Assembly (NCBI RefSeq): GCF_003991155.1
Contig: NZ_CP031293.1
Source of the DNA: Escherichia coli
GTDB lineage: Bacteria; Pseudomonadota; Gammaproteobacteria; Enterobacterales; Enterobacteriaceae
Length of the DNA stretch: 64,000 nucleotides
Direction: 5' to 3' (one strand)
A program made the translations under genes and the position numbers. Shown one piece after another: positions 13,391 to 23,339 of this stretch. Within the stretch, counting starts at the first letter, position 1. Each line of letters starts with the position of its first letter. Below the pieces are notes generated by a model. It saw only the letters and a program-made list of their open reading frames with translations. It searched no databases and had not been told where the DNA came from.

Positions 13391-13410
13391 GGCGAAGATT
13401 TCTCTTCGCC
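13391..13410. terminator. Shared hairpin between convergent island genes
   Basis: GGCGAAGA-TTTC-TCTTCGCC perfect stem-loop in the 30-bp gap between the cupin-like gene stop (13386) and the hydrolase-like gene stop (13417). Confidence 0.5.
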
Positions 13411-13416
13411 TGTTCT

Positions 13417-16071
13417 TTACCCGGCAATTACCGCCACGCTGTCTTTTGTTCGCACGCGTGGTGGCATGGTCAGACCGCAGCGATCCCACTCATTCCCCTG
13501 CCATGCACTCGCAAAATAATAATGATTCGCTGCCGATGGGTAGACCACGACCGCCAGTTCATTACGCTTTTTTAGTAAAGACTGTGGCAAGGTGAAACGA
13601 TATTCCGGCCAGCCCTTTTCGGCAATTAACGTATCGTTAAGCCAGATAGCAACGCTTCCCTGCACTTGCGGTAAATAAAGCTCAATATCGTCGGTAATCG
13701 TCTCCAGCGCAAAGCGTAACTGATAATGTCCCGGACCACACCACGTCTCCATCCCCTGCTGCTCCCACCCTTTTGTTACCTCAACGGGTCGGGAAACGTT
13801 ATCAACCAGCAGTTGCCAGTGCTTATCCAGCACCACCTCGTGGCGACTTTCCACTACCTGCAATGAAAAGCAACGGGCCTGCCAGGGCTCGATTTGTAGC
13901 GGATAACTTCCCGTGAGATGCTCTTCCAGCACTGAAACCTCTCCCGTTGCAAGATGCCACTCCGACAACTGCCCACTGAGGCCCGGAAAATGTAGCCAGC
14001 CGTAGAGCGGGGTATCTCCGTCGTTAAATACGCTGACGTAACGCGATGTTTCATCCTGGGTAATTCGCGTCCAGACGGCAGTTTTCCGGGAGGGATAGTC
14101 AACAAAGGGGTGATCGTTTTTCAGCGTGTCGGCTAACGTGCTGCACTGCGGTTGCGCCTCAATCAGTTTTTGCAGCCTTTCGGTGAGAGAACGATCTTCA
14201 CCTTTTTCCTCGCTATATGCCGCAAGCTCGCCGGCGATCAGAAGCTGGCCACCAGCGGCGACAAAGTGCTCCAGTTGGCTCAGCGTGGCGGCTGATTTCA
14301 CCACCTTAACGTCCGCTAACAGAAGCGCAGGGAAATTCATGCCGTTAATGCGCGTTCCATCAGCCTGGAGCAAATTCTCTTCATCAATAAAGAAATATTC
14401 AAATCCCTGAGCGCTGAGTTGTTTTGCCCAATATTCGCCTGACTGCCCTTCGTTGCCATCCACGCCACAGTGCCAGAAAGTCCGTTTGGGATAGAGTACG
14501 CCAACATCAACGTACGGCTCTCCCTGCTCAAGAAATTCGGCAAGGCGACCAGATTCCTGAGCAAACCCAGCGTGGAAGGCGTACCAGGGCTGGAAGTTAA
14601 CGCCCGGCGCAAAATCAAAACGCGGGTTACTTAATACGTCGTCATTTGCCTCGCCATCCGTCAGCCAGAACGCGTGCATCAAAAATTGCCGCGCACCGAG
14701 GAGGTGATGGCGCAATGCCTGCAACCGGATGTCATGCAGTGAAATTTCCCACTGCCCGGCAGCAAAATGTGTGCATGGCTTCACCCGCGCATAATATTGC
14801 TCAACAATGCACCCTTTACGCCCATGAGCGCGCGCCACAGAGTCGCCAACCTTCGCCGCCATCTGCGGCTCGCTATTTCGCGAATCGACAGCCGTAATAT
14901 CCCGCCAGCCATCGAGAGCAAAGTAATCCATAGCAAAATTACACCGGTTATCTTCGGTGATGATTTTACTGGCGAAATTCCAGCTACTAACGTGACCTAA
15001 TACTTCATGACCACTTAGCTGTATTCCCCGCTGGTGCGCCCATTCTGACAACGTACCAAAAAAGGCCTGCATCGCCTGGCTGGAATAACAGGAAAGCAGC
15101 TCACAGCGCCGACGTGCGGTACGACTGCCAATGTCCATAACTAACGACATCAGGTTTTCTGCCAGGCAGTAAGGTGCCTGTTGCAATGCATCAACAAACC
15201 TTTTTTCATACATTAAGGAGGATTTGACCGCGCCAGTATGTTCATTCCATTGCCAGAAACAGGCGTGTGGCTGGTCGAAAAAGAGATACGCCACCGTCTT
15301 ACCAAAATGATCGCCAAAAGCGCGGGCGTAAGGTTCATAGCCGACACGAATAAAATTTTCTGCCGCTTCGGGCATCAGGTAATTAATCATCCGTGAGGTC
15401 AAGCAACGCGCCGCGGCAAAGAGCGTCACTACCGTTTCCGCACCCCAGGGCAGGTCGCTTCCCGTAAAGGTGACCTCAAATTCCTCTGTGGTTGCTTTGG
15501 TGATGCGGGCCAATGAAGAAACATCAACAATTTCATCTGCATTGCACTCCCCTGATGAAGAGGTGGCATACGCTGCGACAATTTCCCATTCATCCCACGC
15601 CGGTTTACCGCCAGCAAAAATCCACTCCATTCCACACTGCTGTAGCGCCTGCGCATCCGCAGAGCGGATCCCGGAAAGGTGACATGTCAGTACATCTGCA
15701 GACCGGCTGGACTGGCTCCAGAAAAGATGGCGCTCACGCAGCTCATCTCTCCCTTCAACGGTCCTTCCCCCGGCGTGCCCGGAAAGCCAGTTGTAATCAT
15801 CGTAGATGCCCATCATCAGCCCAATATTGGCAGCTTTATCAGCCGTGTAGCGACAGGCTGCCAGCCACTCCTCACTGAGATAACTCTCCAGCGGAAGACT
15901 CAGACGTGCGGCTATCTGAAATGAACCATACCCTCCCGCCTGCAGTTGCCTCAGTTGGCTGTCGATCTGCTTTTTGTCCGGAATGGTATGCCAGAACCAG
16001 TAGGTTGCAGGCAGGTGCCATACATCAGGATTTTTAAAGTTTTGGCGTGCCTGTGCTAACGAATCATTCAT
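13417..16071 (-). CDS. Large cytoplasmic hydrolase-like protein (putative glycoside hydrolase, family unassigned)
   Basis: Track ORF 13417..16104; start chosen at MNDSLAQARQ (ATG at 16071) because of the AGGGGGAAAGCC RBS 6 nt upstream; 884 aa; no signal peptide; C-terminal region looks beta-sandwich/carbohydrate-binding-like; no K-12 homolog recalled. Confidence 0.75.
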   Translation of the reverse strand: MNDSLAQARQNFKNPDVWHLPATYWFWHTIPDKKQIDSQLRQLQAGGYGSFQIAARLSLPLESYLSEEWLAACRYTADKAANIGLMMGIYDDYNWLSGHAGGRTVEGRDELRERHLFWSQSSRSADVLTCHLSGIRSADAQALQQCGMEWIFAGGKPAWDEWEIVAAYATSSSGECNADEIVDVSSLARITKATTEEFEVTFTGSDLPWGAETVVTLFAAARCLTSRMINYLMPEAAENFIRVGYEPYARAFGDHFGKTVAYLFFDQPHACFWQWNEHTGAVKSSLMYEKRFVDALQQAPYCLAENLMSLVMDIGSRTARRRCELLSCYSSQAMQAFFGTLSEWAHQRGIQLSGHEVLGHVSSWNFASKIITEDNRCNFAMDYFALDGWRDITAVDSRNSEPQMAAKVGDSVARAHGRKGCIVEQYYARVKPCTHFAAGQWEISLHDIRLQALRHHLLGARQFLMHAFWLTDGEANDDVLSNPRFDFAPGVNFQPWYAFHAGFAQESGRLAEFLEQGEPYVDVGVLYPKRTFWHCGVDGNEGQSGEYWAKQLSAQGFEYFFIDEENLLQADGTRINGMNFPALLLADVKVVKSAATLSQLEHFVAAGGQLLIAGELAAYSEEKGEDRSLTERLQKLIEAQPQCSTLADTLKNDHPFVDYPSRKTAVWTRITQDETSRYVSVFNDGDTPLYGWLHFPGLSGQLSEWHLATGEVSVLEEHLTGSYPLQIEPWQARCFSLQVVESRHEVVLDKHWQLLVDNVSRPVEVTKGWEQQGMETWCGPGHYQLRFALETITDDIELYLPQVQGSVAIWLNDTLIAEKGWPEYRFTLPQSLLKKRNELAVVVYPSAANHYYFASAWQGNEWDRCGLTMPPRVRTKDSVAVIAG

Positions 16072-17563
16072 GGCTTTCCCCCTTCTTAATCGGCGGAACA
16101 TCACAATGACAAATGTATGTCAAAATGGCATACAGCGCCGCGCCCACCAGCATCGCCACCACTACGCCAATATTTGCTGTCGCAAACACGCTGGTTTTGG
16201 TTTCTGCCGTCAGTAAGAAGCCGACCAGGTGAGCAATCCACGGATCGCCTGAGGTGATGGTTCCCATGCCGATAACCGATGCAACAAACAGCGATAATAA
16301 TGCCGTCCAGCGACCGTTACGCCCGCCAAGCCCCGCGGGCTGCGCCATATCAGTGTTCCAGTGCAAGCGTTTTTGCCGGGCAAAGTCGACAAGCTGGATT
16401 GCGCCCATCGATCCCAATACGACGGATACCGTTGCCAGAAAAGACTGAAAGGTTGCGAGGAACGAGTCAGAAACAAACAATAAGTAGAAGGCACCGAATG
16501 CGATAATGACCGCATTGATAGCAGTGGTGGTTGAACGACTGGCTGGAACGCCCATTGCCAGCAATGCGAGGCCTGAGCTGTAAACACCTGTAATGGCTGC
16601 CGCCAGCAGGGAGATGATGATCACGATTGAAAACGGCACATAGAACCAAAACGGCAGGAACGAGGTTAAGGCCGCAATCGGTTCGGACGCTGCTGCTCCG
16701 CTCAGTTCCGGGTTACTGTCGGCCAGCAGGGCACCTAAAATCAGCAGGATGGAAACCGGAAGCGAAATCCCAAGCGACGTCCAGAAAATCACTTTCCCGG
16801 CAGCGGTTTTGCGCGGCAGGTAACGGGCGAAATCACCGCCATAGTTGAGAAAGCCCAGCCCAACCATCGTCATTGCCATCACCATGCCGCCGATAAACGT
16901 TAAAAATCCGGCATCGGGAGCAGCACCCGCCTGCGACCAGTGAATATGTGGCAGGATCAGGATAATAAAGATGATGCTCATTCCGCCCGTTAACCATGCA
17001 ATATACTTTTCTACCTTCATGATGAGCTGGTGGCCGTAGATGGCAACGGACATAGTCAATACTAAGGTCACCACGAACCAGCCCAACAGGCACCCTAAGG
17101 TAGGGTGACCGTTTTCTGCTGCAAATACGGTTGGCCATAACCGGGCAAAGAGGGCGGCGCCAGTGGTCGAGGACAACGTAATAATGGTGATTTTCCAGCC
17201 CATATTGGAAATATAGGCAAATAAAGTGGGGATCTTATTCCCATGATAACCAAAGGCAAATCGGGTCTGCGTTAAGGTAGGCAGCCCGGTGCGTGGCCCA
17301 CCAACGGCCAGAACCCCCACCAGCGTGCTGGATAAAAAATAGCCCACGACACCGGCAACAATCGCCTGCCAGAGGCTTAACCCCAGTGAGTAAACATAAA
17401 TCCCATAGGTAATACCGAGGATGGATACATTCCATGAAAACCAGATCGGGAAAAGTCCGGCAGGCGAACCATAACGTTCGTTATCACTAACCGGGTTTAC
17501 CCCATTGGTTTCCACCTTCATCGTACCTGAAACATCAGATGGGTTCTGGGCTTGGCTCGTCAT
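16064..17563 (-). CDS. NCS1-family (nucleobase/nucleoside/vitamin:cation symporter) permease
   Basis: Start set at MTSQAQNPSD after a GAGAGGAAAT RBS within the longer track ORF; about 499 aa, highly hydrophobic with multiple predicted TM helices; resembles purine-cytosine/allantoin/hydantoin permeases. Confidence 0.8.
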   Translation of the reverse strand: MTSQAQNPSDVSGTMKVETNGVNPVSDNERYGSPAGLFPIWFSWNVSILGITYGIYVYSLGLSLWQAIVAGVVGYFLSSTLVGVLAVGGPRTGLPTLTQTRFAFGYHGNKIPTLFAYISNMGWKITIITLSSTTGAALFARLWPTVFAAENGHPTLGCLLGWFVVTLVLTMSVAIYGHQLIMKVEKYIAWLTGGMSIIFIILILPHIHWSQAGAAPDAGFLTFIGGMVMAMTMVGLGFLNYGGDFARYLPRKTAAGKVIFWTSLGISLPVSILLILGALLADSNPELSGAAASEPIAALTSFLPFWFYVPFSIVIIISLLAAAITGVYSSGLALLAMGVPASRSTTTAINAVIIAFGAFYLLFVSDSFLATFQSFLATVSVVLGSMGAIQLVDFARQKRLHWNTDMAQPAGLGGRNGRWTALLSLFVASVIGMGTITSGDPWIAHLVGFLLTAETKTSVFATANIGVVVAMLVGAALYAILTYICHCDVPPIKKGESHE

Positions 17564-17564
17564 T

Positions 17565-18782
17565 TTATTTCCTCTCATATTGAGCAAGACGTGATAGTAC
17601 GGCTTCATACTCAGGCATGTTCGATGCGCCTTCCCGCTCGACCGCCAGAGAAGCAAACGCAGAGGCAAATTTTGCTGCACTGAGCAACGGCTGGCCCTGC
17701 GCAATCGCCGCAGCAAACGCACCGTTAAACGCATCCCCCGCACCGGTGGTGTCAATACTTACTGCTTTTAACGCTGGAATATGGGTAAATTGTTCACCGT
17801 CATAAATCAGCGCCCCTTGAGAACCCATCGTAATAATGATGTTTTTTGCCCCCAGGGATTTTATGGTTTGCGCCGCTTCTTTCGCACTCTCGATATCATT
17901 AATCTCGACACCGGACATCAGCGACGCTTCTGTTTCATTCGGTGTCAGATAATCAACATATTGCAGGCATTCTTTTGCCTGGTCAGAATAAGGGGCTGGG
18001 TTAAGGATAGTTTTCACGCCCGACCGATGTGCCATATTTAGTGCCAGCGTGGTTGCTTCAAAGTTATTTTCCAACTGTGTCAAAAATATTTTGGCGTCCG
18101 TCAACTCACCCGCAATACTGGCAACTTCCGCTTCAGTGATATATTGATTGGCGCCAGAATAAATCGCGATCTTGTTTTCACCAGCAGGCTCCGAAACATA
18201 TATTATGGCGCTTCCTGTTTTATGCTCTTCGTCCTGGTAGAGGGTAAAGCTGCGGATATCGGATGAAGAGAGATGATCATGCGCCATCTGGCCGAAATGG
18301 TCGTTGCCAACTTTGCCGACGAAGTGTACCTGGACGGGACATTTGCTGGCTGCCATCGCCTGGTTTGCGCCCTTGCCGCCAGGTCCAATGATGGTATTGC
18401 TGGCAAGAATTGATTCGCCGCTTTTAGGGAAGCGATCAACTTTGGCAATAATATCGACATTAAAAGATCCTAATATACAAACTTTGCTTATCATTATTTT
18501 CCCTTTTTTGTTTGTCATCGAGTTTTTTCGCCAGTTGACCTGATTGAGGAACTTTTCAATAGAGGTACCAACGTTATTAACGGGCTGAGAATGGAAAATC
18601 CGACGCAATATTATTGCTCCGCCGTGACAACGCTCAACACCCCCTTGCTCCGCTAATAAATTTAAATCATTACGGATCGTTTCTTTACTGACAGAGAATA
18701 AGATGGCGAGTTGATTAACCGTAGCCCGCTCATGTTTATTCAAATATGCCAATATTTGACGTTGTCTTTCTTTCCCAAACAT
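17565..18782 (-). CDS. DeoR-type HTH domain fused to a ribokinase/PfkB-family carbohydrate kinase domain
   Basis: 405-aa ORF; N-terminal about 60 aa ERQRQILAYLNKHERATVNQLAILFSVSKETIRNDLNLLAEQGGVERCHGGAI is a DeoR-family HTH; C-terminal about 305 aa carries PfkB motifs GPGGKGANQA and DTTGAGDAFNGAF; GAGGTG RBS; stop 1 nt before the permease ATG. Confidence 0.8.
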   Translation of the reverse strand: MFGKERQRQILAYLNKHERATVNQLAILFSVSKETIRNDLNLLAEQGGVERCHGGAIILRRIFHSQPVNNVGTSIEKFLNQVNWRKNSMTNKKGKIMISKVCILGSFNVDIIAKVDRFPKSGESILASNTIIGPGGKGANQAMAASKCPVQVHFVGKVGNDHFGQMAHDHLSSSDIRSFTLYQDEEHKTGSAIIYVSEPAGENKIAIYSGANQYITEAEVASIAGELTDAKIFLTQLENNFEATTLALNMAHRSGVKTILNPAPYSDQAKECLQYVDYLTPNETEASLMSGVEINDIESAKEAAQTIKSLGAKNIIITMGSQGALIYDGEQFTHIPALKAVSIDTTGAGDAFNGAFAAAIAQGQPLLSAAKFASAFASLAVEREGASNMPEYEAVLSRLAQYERK

Positions 18783-18987
18783 GATTTCACCTCACGTAAC
18801 ATTTATATCTTTTGTAATTTTCTGATTCCATGAATCCTTTCACACTACCATCACGAAAACAAAAACAAACGGGAATTTTTGGAGGAAAGGTTTTTTTATT
18901 CAATGGGATAGTGAGAGGGGAATGTTGTTTTGAAAAAACACTCCCGAAAAATGCGTGGGAAAGCGCTTTCAATCGTAAACGGAATGC

Positions 18988-19019
18988 AAAAAAAAGCCAG
19001 TCAGTGTGACCTGACTGGC
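18988..19019 (-). terminator. rpoC rho-independent terminator
   Basis: GCCAGTCAG-GTCACA-CTGACTGGC hairpin followed by a T8 run on the minus strand, 20 nt downstream of the rpoC stop. Confidence 0.85.
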
Positions 19020-19039
19020 TTATTTCTTAAGAAGAGCGA

Positions 19040-22000
19040 TTACTCGTTATCAGAACCGCCCAGACCTGCGTTCAGCAGTTCTGCCAGGCTGGCAGATGCG
19101 TCTTCTGCAGTCACCTGCGGTGCAGCCGGAGCTTCACCCGCAGCACGGCGACGCATACGATCCTGGTGGTACGCGTAACCGGTACCTGCCGGGATCAGAC
19201 GACCCACGATAACGTTCTCTTTCAGGCCGCGCAGTTCGTCGCGTTTGCCCGCAACGGCTGCTTCGGTCAGCACGCGAGTGGTCTCCTGGAACGATGCCGC
19301 GGAGATGAAGGACTCGGTTGCCAGAGACGCTTTGGTGATACCCAGCAGATCGCGGGAGTAAGTTGCACCCACTTTGCCGTTCGCTTCCAGTTCGCGGTTT
19401 GCGATCTTGACGCGAGAGTATTCAACCTGTTCACCTTCCAGGAAGTCGGAGCTGCCCGCGTTAACGATGGTAGCTTTACGCAGCATCTGACGAACGATAA
19501 CTTCGATGTGTTTATCGTTAATCTTAACGCCCTGCAGACGGTATACGTCCTGTACTTCGTTAACGATGTAACGAGTCACAGCATGAACACCACGCAGACG
19601 CAGAATGTCGTGCGGCGCTTCCGGACCGTCGGAAATTACGTCACCACGTTCTACACGTTCACCTTCGAACACGTTGAGTTGACGCCATTTCGGAATCATC
19701 TCTTCGTACGGATCGCTACCGTCTACCGGGGTGATAACCAGACGACGTTTACCTTTGGTTTCTTTACCGAAGGAAACGATACCGCTGATTTCAGCCAGGA
19801 TTGCCGGCTCTTTCGGACGACGTGCTTCGAACAGGTCCGCAACGCGCGGCAGACCACCGGTGATGTCCTTGGTACCGCCGGATTCCTGCGGAATACGCGC
19901 CAGGGTGTCACCAGAGCTGATCTGTACGCCATCTTCCAGCTGAACAATCGCTTTACCCGGCAGGAAGTACTGCGCAGGCATATCGGTACCCGGGATCAGA
20001 ACATCGTTACCCTGAGCATCAACGATTTTCAGCGCCGGACGCAGATCTTTACCACCTGCGGTACGTTCTGCGGAATCCAGAACCACCAGCGAAGACAGAC
20101 CGGTCAATTCGTCGGTCTGACGAGTAATGGTCTGGCCGTCGATCATGTCAGTAAAGCGTACAAAACCGCTTACTTCGGTGATAACCGGCATGGTGTGCGG
20201 GTCCCAGTTTGCAACGGTTTCGCCGCCAGCAACCTGTTCGCCATCGCCTTTCGCCAGTACCGCACCGTAAGGTACTTTGTAGCTTTCTTTGGTACGACCG
20301 AATTCGTCGATCAGTTTCAGTTCGGTGTTACGGGAAGTGATAACCAGTTTACCGCTGGAGTTCACAACCGACTTCACGTTGCTGAGCTTGATGCTACCTT
20401 TGTTTTTCACCTGGATGCTGGATTCAGCAGCCGCACGAGATGCCGCACCACCGATGTGGAACGTACGCATGGTCAGCTGTGTACCCGGTTCACCGATGGA
20501 CTGTGCCGCGATAACACCGATTGCTTCACCTTTGTTGATGAGGTGGCCACGCGCCAGGTCACGACCGTAGCAGTGCGCACATACACCAAAGTCGGTGTCA
20601 CAAGATACAACAGAACGTACTTTAACCGCGTCGACAGAGTTCTCTTCCAGCAGGTCACACCACTGTTCGTGCAGCAGCGTGTTGCGCGGAACGAGGATAT
20701 CAGCAGTACCCGGCTTCAGAACGTCTTCAGCAGTTACACGACCCAATACGCGATCGCGCAGCGGCTCTTTAACGTCACCACCCTCGATAACCGGAGTCAT
20801 CATGATACCTTCATGGGTACCACAATCGTCTTCGGTAACCACCAGGTCCTGCGCCACGTCAACCAGACGACGAGTCAGGTAACCGGAGTTCGCAGTTTTC
20901 AGTGCGGTATCCGCCAGACCTTTACGAGCACCGTGGGTGGAGATGAAGTACTGGAGTACGTTCAGACCTTCACGGAAGTTCGCGGTGATTGGCGTTTCGA
21001 TGATGGAGCCATCCGGCTTCGCCATCAGACCACGCATACCAGCAAGCTGACGAATCTGTGCCGCAGAACCACGCGCACCGGAGTCGGCCATCATGTAGAT
21101 GCTGTTGAAGGAAACCTGCTTCTCTTCCTGACCGTCACGGTTAATAACGGTTTCAGTTTGCAGGTTATCCATCATCGCTTTGGATACACGATCGTTCGCC
21201 GCAGCCCAGATATCGATAACTTTGTTGTAGCGTTCGCCCGCAGTTACCAGACCAGACTGGAACTGCTCCTGAATTTCAGCAACTTCTGCTTCTGCCTCGG
21301 AGATGATTTCGTGTTTCTTCTCCGGGATGACCATGTCATCGATACCAACAGATGCACCAGAACGCGCTGCATAGGCGAAGCCGGTGTACATGATCTGGTC
21401 CGCAAAAATAACGGTCGGTTTCAGACCGAGAATGCGGTAGCAGGTGTTCAGCATTTTGGAGATTGCTTTCTTACCCAGCGCCTGGTTGACGATGGAGTAA
21501 GGCAGACCTTTCGGTACAATCATCCACAGAATGGCACGGCCAACGGTCGTATCTTTCAGGCTGGTTTTCGCTACTAATTCACCGTTAGCATCTTTTTCAT
21601 ACTCGGTGATACGCACTTTAACGCGCGCATGCAGAGAAGCCAGACCAGAGCGATACAGACGTTCTGCTTCTTTCGGGCCAGTCAGCACCATGCCTTCGCC
21701 TTTGGCGTTAACACAGTCGCGGGTCATGTAGTACAGACCCAGTACAACGTCCTGAGACGGAACGATGATTGGTTCGCCGTTCGCCGGGGACAGGATGTTG
21801 TTGGTAGACATCATCAGCGCACGCGCTTCCAGCTGGGCTTCCAGCGTCAGCGGTACGTGAACAGCCATCTGGTCACCATCGAAGTCGGCGTTATATGCCG
21901 CACAAACCAGCGGGTGCAGCTGGATAGCTTTACCTTCGATCAGTACCGGTTCAAATGCCTGGATACCCAGACGGTGCAGAGTCGGTGCACGGTTCAGCAG

Positions 22001-23263
22001 TACCGGGTGTTCGCGGATAACTTCGTCCAGGATATCCCAAACGACAGCTTCTTCGCGCTCAACCATTTTCTTCGCAGCTTTAATGGTGGTAGCAAGACCA
22101 CGCAGTTCCAGCTTGCCGTAGATGAACGGTTTGAACAGTTCCAGTGCCATTTTCTTCGGCAGACCGCACTGATGCAGACGCAGGTATGGACCTACGGTGA
22201 TTACAGAACGACCGGAGTAGTCAACACGCTTACCGAGCAGGTTCTGACGGAAACGACCCTGTTTACCTTTGATCATGTCGGCCAAAGATTTCAGAGGACG
22301 CTTGTTAGAACCAGTGATCGCACGACCGCGACGACCGTTATCCAGCAGGGCGTCTACCGCTTCCTGCAGCATACGTTTTTCGTTACGTACGATGATATCT
22401 GGCGCAGCCAGATCCAGCAGACGTTTCAGACGGTTGTTACGGTTAATGACGCGACGATACAGATCGTTCAGGTCAGAAGTCGCGAAACGACCACCATCCA
22501 GCGGAACCAGCGGACGCAGATCTGGCGGCAGTACCGGCAGAACGGTCAGGATCATCCACTCTGGTTTGTTACCAGACTGAACGAACGCTTCCAGCAGTTT
22601 GATACGCTTGGTCAGCTTTTTACGCTTGGTTTCGGAGTTGGTTTCGTTCAGCTCTTCACGCAGCTGTTCGCACTCTTGCTCCAGATCCATGCTCTTCAGC
22701 AGGGCCTGGATTGCTTCCGCACCCATCTTCGCGTCGAATTCGTCACCGAACTCTTCCAGCGCGTCCAGATACTGCTCTTCAGTCAGGATCTGCTGACGCT
22801 CCAGGTTGGTCATACCGCCTTCGATAACCACATAGGATTCGAAGTACAGTACGCGTTCGATATCGCGCAGCGGCATATCGAGCAGCAGGCCGATACGGGA
22901 CGGCAGCGATTTCAGGAACCAGATGTGCGCAGTCGGGGAAGCCAGTTCGATGTGGCCCATACGCTCACGGCGTACTTTAGTCTGGGTCACTTCAACACCG
23001 CACTTCTCACAGATGACGCCACGGTGTTTCAGGCGCTTGTACTTACCGCACAGGCACTCGTAATCTTTTACCGGCCCAAAGATACGGGCGCAGAAAAGGC
23101 CGTCACGTTCTGGTTTGAACGTACGGTAGTTGATGGTTTCCGGCTTTTTAACTTCACCGAAAGACCATGAACGGATCATGTCTGGCGAAGCCAGAGCAAT
23201 TTTGATCGCATCAAACTCTTCGGTTTTAGTCTGCGCTTTCAGAAACTTTAATAAATCTTTCAC
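19040..23263 (-). CDS. rpoC: RNA polymerase beta' subunit
   Basis: 1407-aa [36 protein letters not shown]...; NADFDGD catalytic motif. Confidence 0.99.
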   Translation of the reverse strand: MKDLLKFLKAQTKTEEFDAIKIALASPDMIRSWSFGEVKKPETINYRTFKPERDGLFCARIFGPVKDYECLCGKYKRLKHRGVICEKCGVEVTQTKVRRERMGHIELASPTAHIWFLKSLPSRIGLLLDMPLRDIERVLYFESYVVIEGGMTNLERQQILTEEQYLDALEEFGDEFDAKMGAEAIQALLKSMDLEQECEQLREELNETNSETKRKKLTKRIKLLEAFVQSGNKPEWMILTVLPVLPPDLRPLVPLDGGRFATSDLNDLYRRVINRNNRLKRLLDLAAPDIIVRNEKRMLQEAVDALLDNGRRGRAITGSNKRPLKSLADMIKGKQGRFRQNLLGKRVDYSGRSVITVGPYLRLHQCGLPKKMALELFKPFIYGKLELRGLATTIKAAKKMVEREEAVVWDILDEVIREHPVLLNRAPTLHRLGIQAFEPVLIEGKAIQLHPLVCAAYNADFDGDQMAVHVPLTLEAQLEARALMMSTNNILSPANGEPIIVPSQDVVLGLYYMTRDCVNAKGEGMVLTGPKEAERLYRSGLASLHARVKVRITEYEKDANGELVAKTSLKDTTVGRAILWMIVPKGLPYSIVNQALGKKAISKMLNTCYRILGLKPTVIFADQIMYTGFAYAARSGASVGIDDMVIPEKKHEIISEAEAEVAEIQEQFQSGLVTAGERYNKVIDIWAAANDRVSKAMMDNLQTETVINRDGQEEKQVSFNSIYMMADSGARGSAAQIRQLAGMRGLMAKPDGSIIETPITANFREGLNVLQYFISTHGARKGLADTALKTANSGYLTRRLVDVAQDLVVTEDDCGTHEGIMMTPVIEGGDVKEPLRDRVLGRVTAEDVLKPGTADILVPRNTLLHEQWCDLLEENSVDAVKVRSVVSCDTDFGVCAHCYGRDLARGHLINKGEAIGVIAAQSIGEPGTQLTMRTFHIGGAASRAAAESSIQVKNKGSIKLSNVKSVVNSSGKLVITSRNTELKLIDEFGRTKESYKVPYGAVLAKGDGEQVAGGETVANWDPHTMPVITEVSGFVRFTDMIDGQTITRQTDELTGLSSLVVLDSAERTAGGKDLRPALKIVDAQGNDVLIPGTDMPAQYFLPGKAIVQLEDGVQISSGDTLARIPQESGGTKDITGGLPRVADLFEARRPKEPAILAEISGIVSFGKETKGKRRLVITPVDGSDPYEEMIPKWRQLNVFEGERVERGDVISDGPEAPHDILRLRGVHAVTRYIVNEVQDVYRLQGVKINDKHIEVIVRQMLRKATIVNAGSSDFLEGEQVEYSRVKIANRELEANGKVGATYSRDLLGITKASLATESFISAASFQETTRVLTEAAVAGKRDELRGLKENVIVGRLIPAGTGYAYHQDRMRRRAAGEAPAAPQVTAEDASASLAELLNAGLGGSDNE

Positions 23264-23339
23264 GGATTTGCTCCCGTCGGAGTTAGCACAATCCGCTGCC
23301 GGGTTTTACCCCGACAGCAGTGACCTGTTTGAGCGAGAA

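Noticed and set aside
12419-19039. Island A as a prophage, integrative element or defence island
   Set aside because: No integrase, transposase, phage structural gene, tRNA attachment site, nuclease/ATPase pair or restriction-modification signature was found; the content is transporter, kinase and hydrolase, pointing to metabolism.
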